Assembly: GCA_045654505.1 (NCBI GenBank)
Contig: JAZONM010000017.1
Location: forward strand, 1,556-65,555
Direction: 5' to 3'
Length of the DNA stretch: 64,000 nt
Source of the DNA: Clostridia bacterium
GTDB lineage: Bacteria > Bacillota > Clostridia > Christensenellales > UBA1242
Position numbers and translations under genes: made by a program. Positions 8,976-18,961 of the stretch are shown here, in pieces. Under the pieces are notes generated by a model. That model saw only the letters and a program-made list of their open reading frames with translations. It searched no databases and was not told where the DNA came from. How positions within the stretch are numbered: the first letter of the stretch is position 1; each line of letters begins with the position of its first letter.

Positions 8976-10472
8976 TTGACCCGACTATTAGGGTTTTTAT
9001 ACCGAATTGTTTTATCGTGGAATCTTAGTGCGTCAACACTAGGTGCATACACAATTGCTTTATCCATATGTAGTGTTTTTACCACCATTCTTTGTAGTGG
9101 TATCCCTCTCACAATTTCACGCACAATTGCAAGCAATGAAGCAAATAATCGTAATAAATCCTCATACGGAACGGTATTTTCTGGTATAATTTTATCTCTA
9201 GGTATATCTACGATAATAATCCTGTTTACAGTAATGGGCAAAAATCTATTTGGCTTTGTTTTTACTGATAGTGACAGCTATATTGTGCTACTTACACTTC
9301 TCCCTTTCATTCTATCTACCGCTATTTATTCATCAATCAGAGGATATCTTTGGGGCAAGGAAAAATACTTTGACGTTAGCATGGTAGAATTTATTGAGCA
9401 GATAATAAAAATAATACTATGCATAGTACTATTCAAAACATTAAAAAATGCCTATATTTACGTGCCTGGGCTGGCAATAAGTATTTCATGCGTTCTAAGT
9501 ACTTTGCTTGGCTTTTACTACTTTAAAAAAGCATGTGGTAAAATAAAACCAGCCCCTGGTACATTCTCTCATCTTGTCAAAAAATCGCTTCCTTTGACCT
9601 TAGTGCGTTTTGTGGGTAGTCTTATTACTCCATTCATATCCATTCTACTTCCTATTATGCTTATTAAGGGTGGTTATACCAATGAGCAATCATTAGCACT
9701 TATAGGTATCAGCATGGGAATGGTACTCCCCCTTCTCTCTGTTCCGTCCACCGTCATTGGTTCATTATCCATGGCTCTAATTCCTCAATTAAATGTACTC
9801 AAAGAACAACAAAAATTTCTTACACTTAGACGCCAGATCAATTCGTCATTTGTTTTTACATTATGTGCCACTTTTATATTTGTTCCAATATTCTCAAGCA
9901 TAGGAGTACCTATTTGCGAGACTTTGTTTAATAGTACAAATGCCGGCGAAATTCTAAATACTTTTGCGTGGATTATGGTGCCAAATGGTATAATGATGAT
10001 AAGCACATCAATACTAAATTCACTTGGCTACGAAAAGTACACTTTCTTTTCATACGGAATTAGCTCAATAATCTTGATACTTGGTGTGCTAGTACTTCCT
10101 CAGTACATGGGTATAAATGCACTATTTCTGTCTCTTGGACTAAACTCTCTTTTGGTTTTTGTGCTAAATTACATCAAAATTAAGCGTGTAGTATCAATAG
10201 ACAACAAAACTATTACCAACACCGCTATATTGCTTTTACTAAGCATACCTATTACATTACTTTGTAGATACATGTACAAATTACTAATTATTATTTTTCC
10301 AAACATAATTGCAATTGGTCTCATATGCATAATCTCTTTAATCGCCACAATGTTGCTTATGTTTGCATTTAATATCATCAATATCGAATACTTTAATACA
10401 TTTAAAGAGAATCTATTTAAAAAGGTAAAAATCAATAAATTAAAGTTAAAAAAACGCCATAATAAAGTATAA
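8976..10472 (+). CDS. MOP-superfamily flippase (MurJ/SpoVB/Wzx-like polysaccharide biosynthesis protein)
   Basis: About 14 predicted TM helices. The N-terminus TRLLGFLYRIVLS is typical of MurJ/SpoVB. The TTG at 8976 is the first canonical start, but the family-typical N-terminus continues upstream to the stop at 8916-8918 (see finding). Confidence 0.75.
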   Translation: MTRLLGFLYRIVLSWNLSASTLGAYTIALSICSVFTTILCSGIPLTISRTIASNEANNRNKSSYGTVFSGIILSLGISTIIILFTVMGKNLFGFVFTDSDSYIVLLTLLPFILSTAIYSSIRGYLWGKEKYFDVSMVEFIEQIIKIILCIVLFKTLKNAYIYVPGLAISISCVLSTLLGFYYFKKACGKIKPAPGTFSHLVKKSLPLTLVRFVGSLITPFISILLPIMLIKGGYTNEQSLALIGISMGMVLPLLSVPSTVIGSLSMALIPQLNVLKEQQKFLTLRRQINSSFVFTLCATFIFVPIFSSIGVPICETLFNSTNAGEILNTFAWIMVPNGIMMISTSILNSLGYEKYTFFSYGISSIILILGVLVLPQYMGINALFLSLGLNSLLVFVLNYIKIKRVVSIDNKTITNTAILLLLSIPITLLCRYMYKLLIIIFPNIIAIGLICIISLIATMLLMFAFNIINIEYFNTFKENLFKKVKINKLKLKKRHNKV

Positions 10473-10501
10473 ATAGTCCAAAACTATGAAATACTTGTAA
10501 T

Positions 10502-11221
10502 ATGACGTTTACATTGATAATTAGAAGCGTAATTATATACGCAGTTGTGCTTATGTTAATAAGAATGATGGGCAAAAGGCAGATTGGTGAAATGCAACCT
10601 TTTGAGCTTGTCATAACTCTTGTTATAGCTGATTTAGCGACTATACCAATGGCAGAAACAGCTTTACCTCTAATACACGGAGTTATACCTCTTCTCACAA
10701 TTGTTTGTGTGCATTATCTATTATCATTTATTGCACGAAAAAGCCTTAGATTTCGCAAATTATTGAATGGCAAACCCATTATTGTAATCAATCCAGATGG
10801 AATTGATTTTGAGGCACTTCAAAGGCTAAACATGAATTTTAATGACCTAATGGAAGCATTACGTACTTGCAACTATTTCAATGTAGATGAGGTCCTTTAC
10901 GCGATTGTTCAGACTAATGGCTCTCTTACTGTCGTTCCTCGTGCAATATATGCTCCATTGACTCCCAATGATATGAAAATAGAAAAAGATGAAAATGCAC
11001 TACCAATTATAATAGTTTCTAAAGGAAAACTCGTGAAAGAAAATCTTACAATAAGTAAATTGAAAGAAGAAGACATCAAAGAGGCATTAATGAAAGCAAA
11101 CGCCGGGACAATTAAAGACGTTATGTTTGCGACAATTGACAATAATGGCAAAATGTATATTCAGCCGTATAAGAAGGCATATATAAGTTTTGAAAGTGAT
11201 TTGAGTGGAGGTGAATGGTGA
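10502..11221 (+). CDS. DUF421 (YetF-like) membrane protein
   Basis: 239 aa. The N-terminus IIRSVIIYAVVLMLIRMMGKRQIGEMQPFELVITLVIADLA matches the DUF421/YetF pattern. Confidence 0.8.
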   Translation: MTFTLIIRSVIIYAVVLMLIRMMGKRQIGEMQPFELVITLVIADLATIPMAETALPLIHGVIPLLTIVCVHYLLSFIARKSLRFRKLLNGKPIIVINPDGIDFEALQRLNMNFNDLMEALRTCNYFNVDEVLYAIVQTNGSLTVVPRAIYAPLTPNDMKIEKDENALPIIIVSKGKLVKENLTISKLKEEDIKEALMKANAGTIKDVMFATIDNNGKMYIQPYKKAYISFESDLSGGEW

Positions 11222-11604
11222 AAAAAGCACTTCCAGTAATAATAATAGCCCTACTTCTTCTTACACTTGCAATCGTGGAAATCATATATGTAAATAATAT
11301 AGTAAGAGACATAGACAAAGATGTAGGTCAATTGGTGATCCTATACGAAAAAAATGAAGATGACATAACAATTATTTTGCCAGAACTTGATAAAGTCAAA
11401 GATAAATGGAAAAAGAACGAGGCAATATTATGTTATATTTTTAATCACAGAGACATGTCAATGATAACTGATTCACTAAGCAAATTATCCTCTTACACTC
11501 GAGTAAATGATTATGAGGACGCATACACAGAAGTGCGACTACTAAAAGAATACACGGAAAAAAGCCCACGGATAATGAGCTTTAATATCCATAATGTATT
11601 GTAA
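11215..11604 (+). CDS. DUF4363-like small membrane-anchored protein
   Basis: 129 aa with a single N-terminal TM. It overlaps the DUF421 stop. The DUF421-DUF4363 pairing is recalled from Clostridia genomes. Confidence 0.6.
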   Translation: MVKKALPVIIIALLLLTLAIVEIIYVNNIVRDIDKDVGQLVILYEKNEDDITIILPELDKVKDKWKKNEAILCYIFNHRDMSMITDSLSKLSSYTRVNDYEDAYTEVRLLKEYTEKSPRIMSFNIHNVL

Positions 11605-11696
11605 TAATAACACACACTTGCATAGTACTATGTAAAGCTATACAAAATGGCTTTATATAGGCATTTATTGTAATTTTATGTAAGACAAAAAGAAAC

Positions 11697-11727
11697 AAAA
11701 AAAGAGTGAAAATCACTCTTTTTTTAA
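11697..11727. terminator. Bidirectional terminator between DUF4363 gene and rplQ
   Basis: Stem agagtga (11703-11709) pairs with tcactct (11713-11719). An A-run lies upstream and a T-run downstream. Confidence 0.8.
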
Positions 11728-12231
11728 TTATACTAATTCAATAATAGCCATCTCTGCAGAGTCGCCATTACGAGTACCAAGTTTAATAATGCGAGTATAA
11801 CCGCCACCAGTACCCAAAGTTTCTTTTCTTTGAGCATATTTAGGAGCGATTTCATTGAACAATTTTTCAATCAAAGGATATTTGATATCTTTTGTTCTGT
11901 TTACAAAATCAGTCTTAGACTCTTTCGCAGCTCTTTGCTCTTTAACAATGTAAAGTTTTGACATAATAGCACGTCTTGCAGCAAGTTTCTTTGGACCATC
12001 ATTTATTACTTCTCTGTTTACTTTATTGCCCTTAGCATCAACAGAAGTTTTTACAACTTTAACGCTATCAGTATAAGTATTAACAGCAAGAGTAATGATC
12101 TTTTCAGCAAAACTTCTTACATTTTTAGCACGTGCGTAAGTAGTTTCTATTTTACCATTCCAAAGAAGACTAGTAGCTTGACTTCTAATTAAAGCCATTC
12201 TTTCATCGCTTGGTTTGTTTAATGCTTTCAT
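11728..12231 (-). CDS. rplQ: 50S ribosomal protein L17 (extended, 167 aa)
   Basis: SDERMALIRSQATSLLWNGKIETTYARAKNVRSFAEKIITLA, with GGGYTRIIKLGTRNGDSAEMAIIELV at the C-terminus. It is the last gene of the alpha operon. Confidence 0.95.
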   Translation of the reverse strand: MKALNKPSDERMALIRSQATSLLWNGKIETTYARAKNVRSFAEKIITLAVNTYTDSVKVVKTSVDAKGNKVNREVINDGPKKLAARRAIMSKLYIVKEQRAAKESKTDFVNRTKDIKYPLIEKLFNEIAPKYAQRKETLGTGGGYTRIIKLGTRNGDSAEMAIIELV

Positions 12232-12240
12232 AATGTCTCC

Positions 12241-13194
12241 TTATTCCTCATCGTTTCTCAAACTTAGACCATAACTGTTAAGTTTTTCTTGTACTTCTTC
12301 AAGAGAACGTTTGCCAAGATTTTTCACTTTAGCAAGATCGCTTTCTGATTTTTTAGTCAAATCTTCTACAGTAGAAATTCCTGCTCTCTTTAGGCAATTA
12401 AAACTTCTAACTGACAAGTCCATATCCTCAATAGTCATTTCCAAAACTTTTGTTTGTTGGTCTTCTTCCTTGCTTACAAGGATATCCATTTCAGCCATGT
12501 TTTCTACAAGTTCTACAAATAGATTGATATGGTCTTGTAGAAGTTTGCCTGAAAGGCTAATAACTTCACGAGCAGACAATGTACCATTAGTCTCAACTTC
12601 AATAGTAAGTTTGTCATAATCAATACTTTGTCCTACACGTGTATTGCTAACAAAATAGTTTACTTTCTTTACTGGTGTGAAGATGCTATCAACAGCGATA
12701 TATCCAATAGGCATATCGTCATTTTTATTAGCGTCAGCAGGCACATAACCTCTTCCACGACCAATAAATACTTCCATTTCAAATTTTGCACCATCATTAA
12801 GTGTTGCAATATGAAGTTCTGGATTAAGAATCTCTACCAAATCATTTGGCTCGAAATCAGCAGCAGTAACATCTCCTGCACCATATTTATTGATGCGAAG
12901 TACTGTAGTGAAATCTTTGTTTGTATCAAAACTCTTAACAGCCAAGTTTTTGATATTAAGTACAATATCAACAACATCTTCAACAACACCCTTCATAGTG
13001 CTGAATTCATGTTGGACACCATTAAGTTTGATTCCAACAGGAGCTGCACCAGGAAGCGCAGATAGAAGTGATCTGCGAAGTGCATTACCGATAGTTATAC
13101 CAAAACCTCTATCTAGTGGCTCGACAATAAATCTTGCAAATGTACCATTATCTGTTTCTTCACAAGTAATTTTTGGCTTTTCGATTTCCATCAT
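12241..13194 (-). CDS. rpoA: DNA-directed RNA polymerase alpha subunit
   Basis: MMEIEKPKI...FIVEPLDRGFGITIGNALRRSLLS. A GAGGAA RBS lies 7 nt before the ATG at 13194; the track start at 13209 is an upstream GTG inside the RBS. Confidence 0.95.
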   Translation of the reverse strand: MMEIEKPKITCEETDNGTFARFIVEPLDRGFGITIGNALRRSLLSALPGAAPVGIKLNGVQHEFSTMKGVVEDVVDIVLNIKNLAVKSFDTNKDFTTVLRINKYGAGDVTAADFEPNDLVEILNPELHIATLNDGAKFEMEVFIGRGRGYVPADANKNDDMPIGYIAVDSIFTPVKKVNYFVSNTRVGQSIDYDKLTIEVETNGTLSAREVISLSGKLLQDHINLFVELVENMAEMDILVSKEEDQQTKVLEMTIEDMDLSVRSFNCLKRAGISTVEDLTKKSESDLAKVKNLGKRSLEEVQEKLNSYGLSLRNDEE

Positions 13195-13227
13195 ACGAAA
13201 ATTCCTCACTTTATATAAATTTAGTTA

Positions 13228-13848
13228 TTATTTCGAGTACAACTCAATGATCAAGTGTTCGCGGATATTAAGGTCAATATCATCTCTTTGTGGAAGAGCA
13301 TTGATTTTGCCTGCTAATTTCTCAGCATTAAACTCCAACCATTTTGGCATAACAACTTTAACGTTTTTAAGTTCTTTAAACATTTCAAGTTCTTTTTTGT
13401 TTTCTTTAATTGCAATTACATCGTCTACTTTAATAAGGTAAGAAGGGATATTTACTGTCTTACCATTTACAGTAATGTGACCATGATTTACAATTTGACG
13501 GCTTTCAGCACGAGACGCGCCGATACCCATACGATATACTACATTATCTAGTCTACGCTCTAGAAGAGACAACATATTTTCACCGACAATACCTTTCATA
13601 TTATTAGCCATATCGTAATATTTTCTGAATTGTTTTTCCAACAATCCATATGCTCTTTTTACTTTTTGTTTTTCACGCAATTGCATACTATATTCAGTTT
13701 GTTTTTTCTTTGCTTGTCCATGAACGCCAGGAGCACTTGGTCTACGTTCAAATGCACATTTCTTAGTTAAGCATCTCTCGCCTTTCAAGAACAATTTGCA
13801 ACCTTCACGACGACATAGTTTGCAATCAGCACCTGTATATTTTGCCAT
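13228..13848 (-). CDS. rpsD: 30S ribosomal protein S4
   Basis: [26 protein letters not shown], with an S4 RNA-binding domain. Located in the alpha operon. Confidence 0.97.
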   Translation of the reverse strand: MAKYTGADCKLCRREGCKLFLKGERCLTKKCAFERRPSAPGVHGQAKKKQTEYSMQLREKQKVKRAYGLLEKQFRKYYDMANNMKGIVGENMLSLLERRLDNVVYRMGIGASRAESRQIVNHGHITVNGKTVNIPSYLIKVDDVIAIKENKKELEMFKELKNVKVVMPKWLEFNAEKLAGKINALPQRDDIDLNIREHLIIELYSK

Positions 13849-13867
13849 TGTTTTTTATTTCTCCTTA

Positions 13868-14263
13868 TTATATTCTTCTGCGTTTTGGTGGACGACAACC
13901 ATTGTGTGGAATTGGTGATACGTCTTTGATAAGCGTAATGTCAATACCTGCTGTTTGGATTGCTCTTATAGCAGTTTCTCTACCATTACCTGGTCCTTTA
14001 ACGTATACCTCTACACTCTTAATGCCTTGCTCTCTAGCATTTTTGCCAGCGATCTCGGCTGCTTGTTGGGCAGCATAAGGTGTACTCTTACGACTACCAC
14101 TTAATCCTAGACTACCTGCACTTGACCAAGCAACTGCATTTCCTGCTTCATCAGTAATAGTAACAATAGTGTTGTTGAAAGAAGCGTTGATAAATGCTTT
14201 ACCTTTATCAAGGTTTTTGGTAGATTTTCTCTTTTTAGTAGTTGTTTTCTTTGTTACAGCCAT
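13868..14263 (-). CDS. rpsK: 30S ribosomal protein S11
   Basis: [30 protein letters not shown]...CRPPKRRRI. Confidence 0.97.
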   Translation of the reverse strand: MAVTKKTTTKKRKSTKNLDKGKAFINASFNNTIVTITDEAGNAVAWSSAGSLGLSGSRKSTPYAAQQAAEIAGKNAREQGIKSVEVYVKGPGNGRETAIRAIQTAGIDITLIKDVSPIPHNGCRPPKRRRI

Positions 14264-14281
14264 TGTTTAACTCCTTACTTT

Positions 14282-14656
14282 TTATTTGGCTTTTTTACTT
14301 TTAGAAACGGTTTTCTTTGGTCCTTTTCTAGTTCTTGCGTTTTGCTTAGTGTTTTGACCACGCACAGGAAGATTTTTTCTGTGACGGATACCACGGTAGC
14401 ATCCGATTTCTTGCAAACGCTTAATATTTAATGAAACTTCTCTTTGTAGGTCACCTTCTACAACACAGTTTTTCTCAATGTAATTTCTGATTGCATTAAC
14501 TTCTTCTTCAGTCAAGTCTTTTACACGAGTGTCTGGATTGATATTAGTGGCTTTAAGAATTTCATTTGAAGTTTGTCTGCCAATACCATAGATATAGGTA
14601 AGTCCTATCTCTACTCTCTTTTCTCTTGGCAAATCAATACCAGCAATACGAGCCAT
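14282..14656 (-). CDS. rpsM: 30S ribosomal protein S13
   Basis: [34 protein letters not shown]. Confidence 0.97.
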   Translation of the reverse strand: MARIAGIDLPREKRVEIGLTYIYGIGRQTSNEILKATNINPDTRVKDLTEEEVNAIRNYIEKNCVVEGDLQREVSLNIKRLQEIGCYRGIRHRKNLPVRGQNTKQNARTRKGPKKTVSKSKKAK

Positions 14657-14774
14657 TTTATTCCTCCATAAATTTTAAAATATATATTGATGCAATGAGA
14701 TATGTTTTCACATACAGCCGCCTCATTACAGTTGTTTTTAAAGTCATACACCCTTAAATGCTTAAGGGATTATA

Positions 14775-14891
14775 TTAGCCTTGTCTTTGTTTGTGTTTAG
14801 GATATTTAGAACAAATAACCATAACTGTGCCGTTTCTCTTAATAACTCTACAAGCGTCACACATTTTTTTAACAGATGGTCTTACTTTCAT
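14775..14891 (-). CDS. rpmJ: 50S ribosomal protein L36 (38 aa, below track cutoff)
   Basis: Manual reverse translation gives [38 protein letters not shown]. Confidence 0.95.
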   Translation of the reverse strand: MKVRPSVKKMCDACRVIKRNGTVMVICSKYPKHKQRQG

Positions 14892-14908
14892 GATTTTTTC
14901 TCCTAATA

Positions 14909-15136
14909 TTATTTAGATTTCATACGCCAAATGATGCGTCCTTTGGTCAAATCGTAAAGCGACATCTCAACTTTGACTTGGTCTCCAGCCAAAATCTTGA
15001 TGTTGTTTAGATGAAGTTTTCCCGAAAGATATGCAGTAATAATAAATCCATTTGTAAGTTTTACCTTAAAATTTGCATTACGAAGAACCTCTACTACTGT
15101 GCCTTCGGTTTCGATTACGTCTTCTTTATTAGACAC
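14909..15136 (-). CDS. infA: Translation initiation factor IF-1
   Basis: [35 protein letters not shown]...[21 protein letters not shown]. Confidence 0.96.
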   Translation of the reverse strand: MSNKEDVIETEGTVVEVLRNANFKVKLTNGFIITAYLSGKLHLNNIKILAGDQVKVEMSLYDLTKGRIIWRMKSK

Positions 15137-15139
15137 TAT

Positions 15140-15409
15140 TTATTCCTCCAATAACTTCTTTGAAGTTGATTTATAGTTCTTAATTGTATGTATTATATCA
15201 CAATTGTGTATATTTTTAAAGAGCAAATTGCAATTTTTACATACTAATTGAAGATGTTTTATATTTTTTTTCTTAGGTTTTTCGATTGTTTTGGCATAAC
15301 CATCGACGATATTGACAAAATTGCCTTGTTTTTCCACAACAATATAGTAGTTTCCTTTGTCTCTACCAGATGTAGATAAAACAATACTTCCAATTTGAAT
15401 GTCTTTCAT
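15140..15409 (-). CDS. KOW domain-containing RNA-binding protein
   Basis: 89 aa. IGSIVLSTSGRDKGNYYIVV is a KOW-like motif. The gene occupies the map-infA slot, as recalled from Clostridia. Confidence 0.7.
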   Translation of the reverse strand: MKDIQIGSIVLSTSGRDKGNYYIVVEKQGNFVNIVDGYAKTIEKPKKKNIKHLQLVCKNCNLLFKNIHNCDIIHTIKNYKSTSKKLLEE

Positions 15410-15417
15410 ATATCACC

Positions 15418-16161
15418 TTACAATGTCAAAATTTCCACACCCTCATTGGTTATCAAAACAGTATTTTCGTAATGAGCACTAGGCAAGCCATCACGAGTAA
15501 CACAGGTCCAACCATCGCTTAAAAATACTACATTTTTCTCACCCATATTAACCATAGGCTCTATAGCAATGGTAGCATTTGCATTTAGTCGAGCTCCACT
15601 TCCAGCGCGTCCAAAATTAGGAACATCTGGCTCTTCGTGAAGTTCGCGTCCTACTCCATGACCAATAAGTTCTCTTACAACCGAATAACCATGTTTTTCG
15701 ACATAGTTTTGAATCCTATGTGAAATATCTCCAACATAACAACCCGCCTTCAAGCCTTTAATTCCCTCAAAGAAACTCTCTTGAGTAATCTTAATAAGTC
15801 TCTTCTTTTTAGCATCAATTTTGCCTACAGGAAAAGTCCTAGCAGCGTCGCCGTGGAAACCTTTATAACACGCACCAACGTCTACACTAATGATATCCCC
15901 TTCTTTCAAAACTCTATCCCCTGGTATTCCATGTACAATCTCTTCATTGATTGAAGCACAGATTGATGCAGGAAATCCATATAGACCTTTAAAAGACGGA
16001 GTAGCGTTTCTACTAACAATATAGTCAAAGGCTATCTTATCCAATTCTTTAGTAGTAATATTTGGTTTGATATGTTTTTCAACCTCTATTAGCGTGTCGC
16101 GAGTTATTTCACAAGCAACACGCATAATTTTAAGGTCATCTTCAGTCTTATATTTAATCAT
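15418..16161 (-). CDS. map: Type I methionine aminopeptidase
   Basis: 247 aa. Metal ligand context DIISVDVGACYKGFHGDAARTF, GHGVGRELHEEP, AIEPMV. Confidence 0.95.
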   Translation of the reverse strand: MIKYKTEDDLKIMRVACEITRDTLIEVEKHIKPNITTKELDKIAFDYIVSRNATPSFKGLYGFPASICASINEEIVHGIPGDRVLKEGDIISVDVGACYKGFHGDAARTFPVGKIDAKKKRLIKITQESFFEGIKGLKAGCYVGDISHRIQNYVEKHGYSVVRELIGHGVGRELHEEPDVPNFGRAGSGARLNANATIAIEPMVNMGEKNVVFLSDGWTCVTRDGLPSAHYENTVLITNEGVEILTL

Positions 16162-16810
16162 TTACATCACCTAGAATCTCTTGGATTTCTGTAAATACAA
16201 ATTTTACACTTTCGTCAAAATGCATATTAGCAGTTTTATTTAAGTCAAGCAAACGTAATATTCCTTTCTTTTCAAAAAGTGGAAGTAGTGGCAAAGTTTC
16301 ATTTTTATAAATCTCTATTCTTTTCTTAATAGAATTTATATCGTGCTCGTCACTTCTTACAATAAGTGGCGTATTGCACTTCAAACAGTTTTTATTTGAA
16401 TGTGCACTTGTCGAGTAAATCTCACCGCATTTGGGACAAACTTTACGATTTATAATTCTGCCAAGTACAATATCTTCATCAAGATGAAAGAATAAGACAT
16501 GATCAGGATTATTGGTTTTGAAAAAAGTTTTGGCTTGACCCATATTTCGAGGATAACCATCAAGGATATAACCTTTTTTGCAATCATCTTCTTTGAGTCT
16601 TGCTGATACTACTTTTGCAGTTAGGTCATTAGGAACCAAATTCCCTTCATTGACATAACTCGCAACCATCTCGCCAAGTTTACCACCCTTAGCAATGATT
16701 CCCTTAAATATGTCTCCCACCGAAATATGTGGAATACCATACTTTTCACTAATCAACTTTGCTTGAGTTCCTTTTCCGCTTCCTTGGATGCCTAATAAAA
16801 CTATTTTCAT
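16154..16810 (-). CDS. adk: Adenylate kinase (with Cys4 lid)
   Basis: MKIVLLGIQGSGKGTQAKLISEKYGIPHISVGD. Lid CPKCGEIY...CLKC. The ATG at 16810 is preferred because the GAAGG RBS lies 7 nt upstream. Confidence 0.93.
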   Translation of the reverse strand: MKIVLLGIQGSGKGTQAKLISEKYGIPHISVGDIFKGIIAKGGKLGEMVASYVNEGNLVPNDLTAKVVSARLKEDDCKKGYILDGYPRNMGQAKTFFKTNNPDHVLFFHLDEDIVLGRIINRKVCPKCGEIYSTSAHSNKNCLKCNTPLIVRSDEHDINSIKKRIEIYKNETLPLLPLFEKKGILRLLDLNKTANMHFDESVKFVFTEIQEILGDVND

Positions 16811-16822
16811 ACACATACCTTC

Positions 16823-18109
16823 TTATTTATTTAAGAAGCCTTTATGGTTTCTAATAATCAATTGACTGCTAAGTGATTTGTCAAATTCTATCGCAACACT
16901 AACAACAATAAGTAGTCCAGTCGCACTAAATGCACCTACAAGACCGCCAGTAAAGCTCAAAGCTTTAAATACGATTGAAGGAACAATAGCAACAACTGCT
17001 AGGAACAATGCTCCAAATAGTGTGATACGATTTGATATTTTCTTTAGATATTCAGCAGTTGGTTTTCCTGGTCTGATACCTGGAATAAAACCGCCATTTT
17101 GTTGGATATTTTTTGAAATATCCTCAGGATTGAATGTGATTTGTGTCCAGAAATATGCAAAGAAAGTAATAAGTAGTCCCACAAGGATAATATAAACCCA
17201 ACCACCAGCACCAAGCCAAGTAGAATACCATTTATAGAATCCACTATTTGGCCAGAAAATACTGAATAGAAGTTGTGGAAAACTTAGTAGTGACATTGCA
17301 AAGATAATTGGCATAACACCAGTAGCATTTACTCTGATAGGAATAAATGTGCTTTGTCCACCATACATTTTTCTTCCCTTAATTTGTTTTGCATACTGAA
17401 CAGGGATTTTTCTCTCAGCAGAATCAAAGAATACGATAAATCCGAAGATTATTACAAGAGCAAGTATAAATAGTACCAACTCCCAAATACTCTCTGTACT
17501 ACCTGAGAAGATATTAACAATTACATTATAGATTGAAGTTGCGGATGTTGACAAAATACCTACGAAGATAAGCATTGAAAGTCCATTTGCAATACCTACA
17601 GCAGTTATTTTCTCACCAAGCCAATATGTGAACATTGAGCCCGCAACAAGTATAAGCACAACCATTGTACCTACAAGCCAAGCTGGCAAAGTAACAGTAT
17701 TAAGAGAATCTGAATAGCTTATTACTATTGCTACAGCTTGTACAATTGCTAATACAAGTGCGCATATTTTATTGTAAAGTCCAATTCTTTTCTTACCTTC
17801 CTCACCCATTTTTGAAAGTCTTTCAAGACTAGGGATTGCAATTGTAAGCAATTGGATAATAATTGATGCACTAATATATGGTGAAATACCAAGTGCTAGG
17901 ATTGCACCATTTGAAAGCGCACCACCACTTACACTACTGATAAGGGATAAGAAATCTTGTCCCTCAACAGATGTACGGAATGCTTCTAGATTGATACCAG
18001 GCACTGGAAGCCAGCAACCAAGGCGATAAATCAAAAGTAGTCCAAGTGTAATGAAAATTTTGTTTCTAATTTCTTTTACTTTAAAAGCGTCCGCTATTGT
18101 TTTAAACAT
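16823..18109 (-). CDS. secY: Preprotein translocase subunit SecY
   Basis: 428 aa, 10 TM. IRNKIFITLGLLLIYRLGCWLPVPGIN and GISPYISASIIIQLL. Confidence 0.97.
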   Translation of the reverse strand: MFKTIADAFKVKEIRNKIFITLGLLLIYRLGCWLPVPGINLEAFRTSVEGQDFLSLISSVSGGALSNGAILALGISPYISASIIIQLLTIAIPSLERLSKMGEEGKKRIGLYNKICALVLAIVQAVAIVISYSDSLNTVTLPAWLVGTMVVLILVAGSMFTYWLGEKITAVGIANGLSMLIFVGILSTSATSIYNVIVNIFSGSTESIWELVLFILALVIIFGFIVFFDSAERKIPVQYAKQIKGRKMYGGQSTFIPIRVNATGVMPIIFAMSLLSFPQLLFSIFWPNSGFYKWYSTWLGAGGWVYIILVGLLITFFAYFWTQITFNPEDISKNIQQNGGFIPGIRPGKPTAEYLKKISNRITLFGALFLAVVAIVPSIVFKALSFTGGLVGAFSATGLLIVVSVAIEFDKSLSSQLIIRNHKGFLNK

Positions 18110-18555
18110 TATAGCACCTCTACTTTTCCGCCTGCCTTAGTGATTTTTTGTATTGCTGATTCAGAGAACGCTGCAGCCTTAACAGTCAATGCTTTATCTA
18201 AGTTCCCATTACCCAATACTTTCAAACCATAAGGGGCAACTTTACTAATAAGATTTTTCTCTTTTAGTAGCTCAACTGTGATGACAGTGTTTTCTTTAAA
18301 ACTGTTAAGTTGTGCAACATTAACAATATTGTACACTTTCTTAAAGTTTTTGTTGTTGAAACCACGTCTTGGTAGTCTTCTAACCAAAGGCATTTGACCG
18401 CCTTCGAATCCAACTCTTACTCCACCACCACTACGTGAGTTTTGACCTTTAGTACCTTTACCAGCGGTCTTACCTGTACCGCTACCAATTCCGCGACCAA
18501 TTCTCTTTACTTCTTTCTTGGAATTAGGTGCAGGGGACATTTGATGTAGTTTCAT
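18109..18555 (-). CDS. rplO: 50S ribosomal protein L15
   Basis: [38 protein letters not shown]. Confidence 0.96.
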   Translation of the reverse strand: MKLHQMSPAPNSKKEVKRIGRGIGSGTGKTAGKGTKGQNSRSGGGVRVGFEGGQMPLVRRLPRRGFNNKNFKKVYNIVNVAQLNSFKENTVITVELLKEKNLISKVAPYGLKVLGNGNLDKALTVKAAAFSESAIQKITKAGGKVEVL

Positions 18556-18565
18556 ATAATCCTCC

Positions 18566-18952
18566 TTAGTTTAACTCTTCTACCTTAACCAAGTGTTTTA
18601 CACGGAAAATCATTCCTCTAACACATGGATTGTCAGGTAGAACGTGTGATGAATTTAGTTTTCCAAGACCTAGTGCTTCTACAACACGTGCTTGTTTTTT
18701 ATTATAACCAATAGTACTGCGTACTAGAGTTACTTTTAATTGTTTTTGTGCAGTTTTTACTGCTTTAACTTCTTTTTCTACAACTTTAACTTCTTCTTTT
18801 ACTTCTGCTTTAGGAGCAGTAGTTTTCTTTGCTGCTGTTGTTGCTTTTGGAGCAGCAGCTTTTGTAGTGGTAGTTTTTGTAGCCTTTGGAGCTGTTTTTG
18901 CTGTTGTAGTTGCTTTAGAAGTTGTAGTTTTTGTTGTTTTTGTCTCTGCCAT
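18566..18952 (-). CDS. rpmD: 50S ribosomal protein L30 with long T/K/A-rich N-terminal extension
   Basis: The C-terminal 60 aa, [55 protein letters not shown], is canonical L30. It is preceded by about 68 aa of T/K/A/P low-complexity sequence. Confidence 0.9.
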   Translation of the reverse strand: MAETKTTKTTTSKATTTAKTAPKATKTTTTKAAAPKATTAAKKTTAPKAEVKEEVKVVEKEVKAVKTAQKQLKVTLVRSTIGYNKKQARVVEALGLGKLNSSHVLPDNPCVRGMIFRVKHLVKVEELN

Positions 18953-18961
18953 AATACCCTC

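Noticed and set aside
8822-9241. 139-aa minus-strand ORF
   Set aside because: It overlaps the N-terminal TM region of the plus-strand MOP flippase, which has clear family features. There is no RBS or motif.
12311-13441. Several 100-180-aa plus-strand ORFs overlapping rpoA and rpsD
   Set aside because: They are antisense to highly conserved genes, have no RBS or recognisable motifs, and are typical shadow ORFs in AT-rich DNA. The same applies to the plus-strand ORFs across 21.3-27.2 kb.
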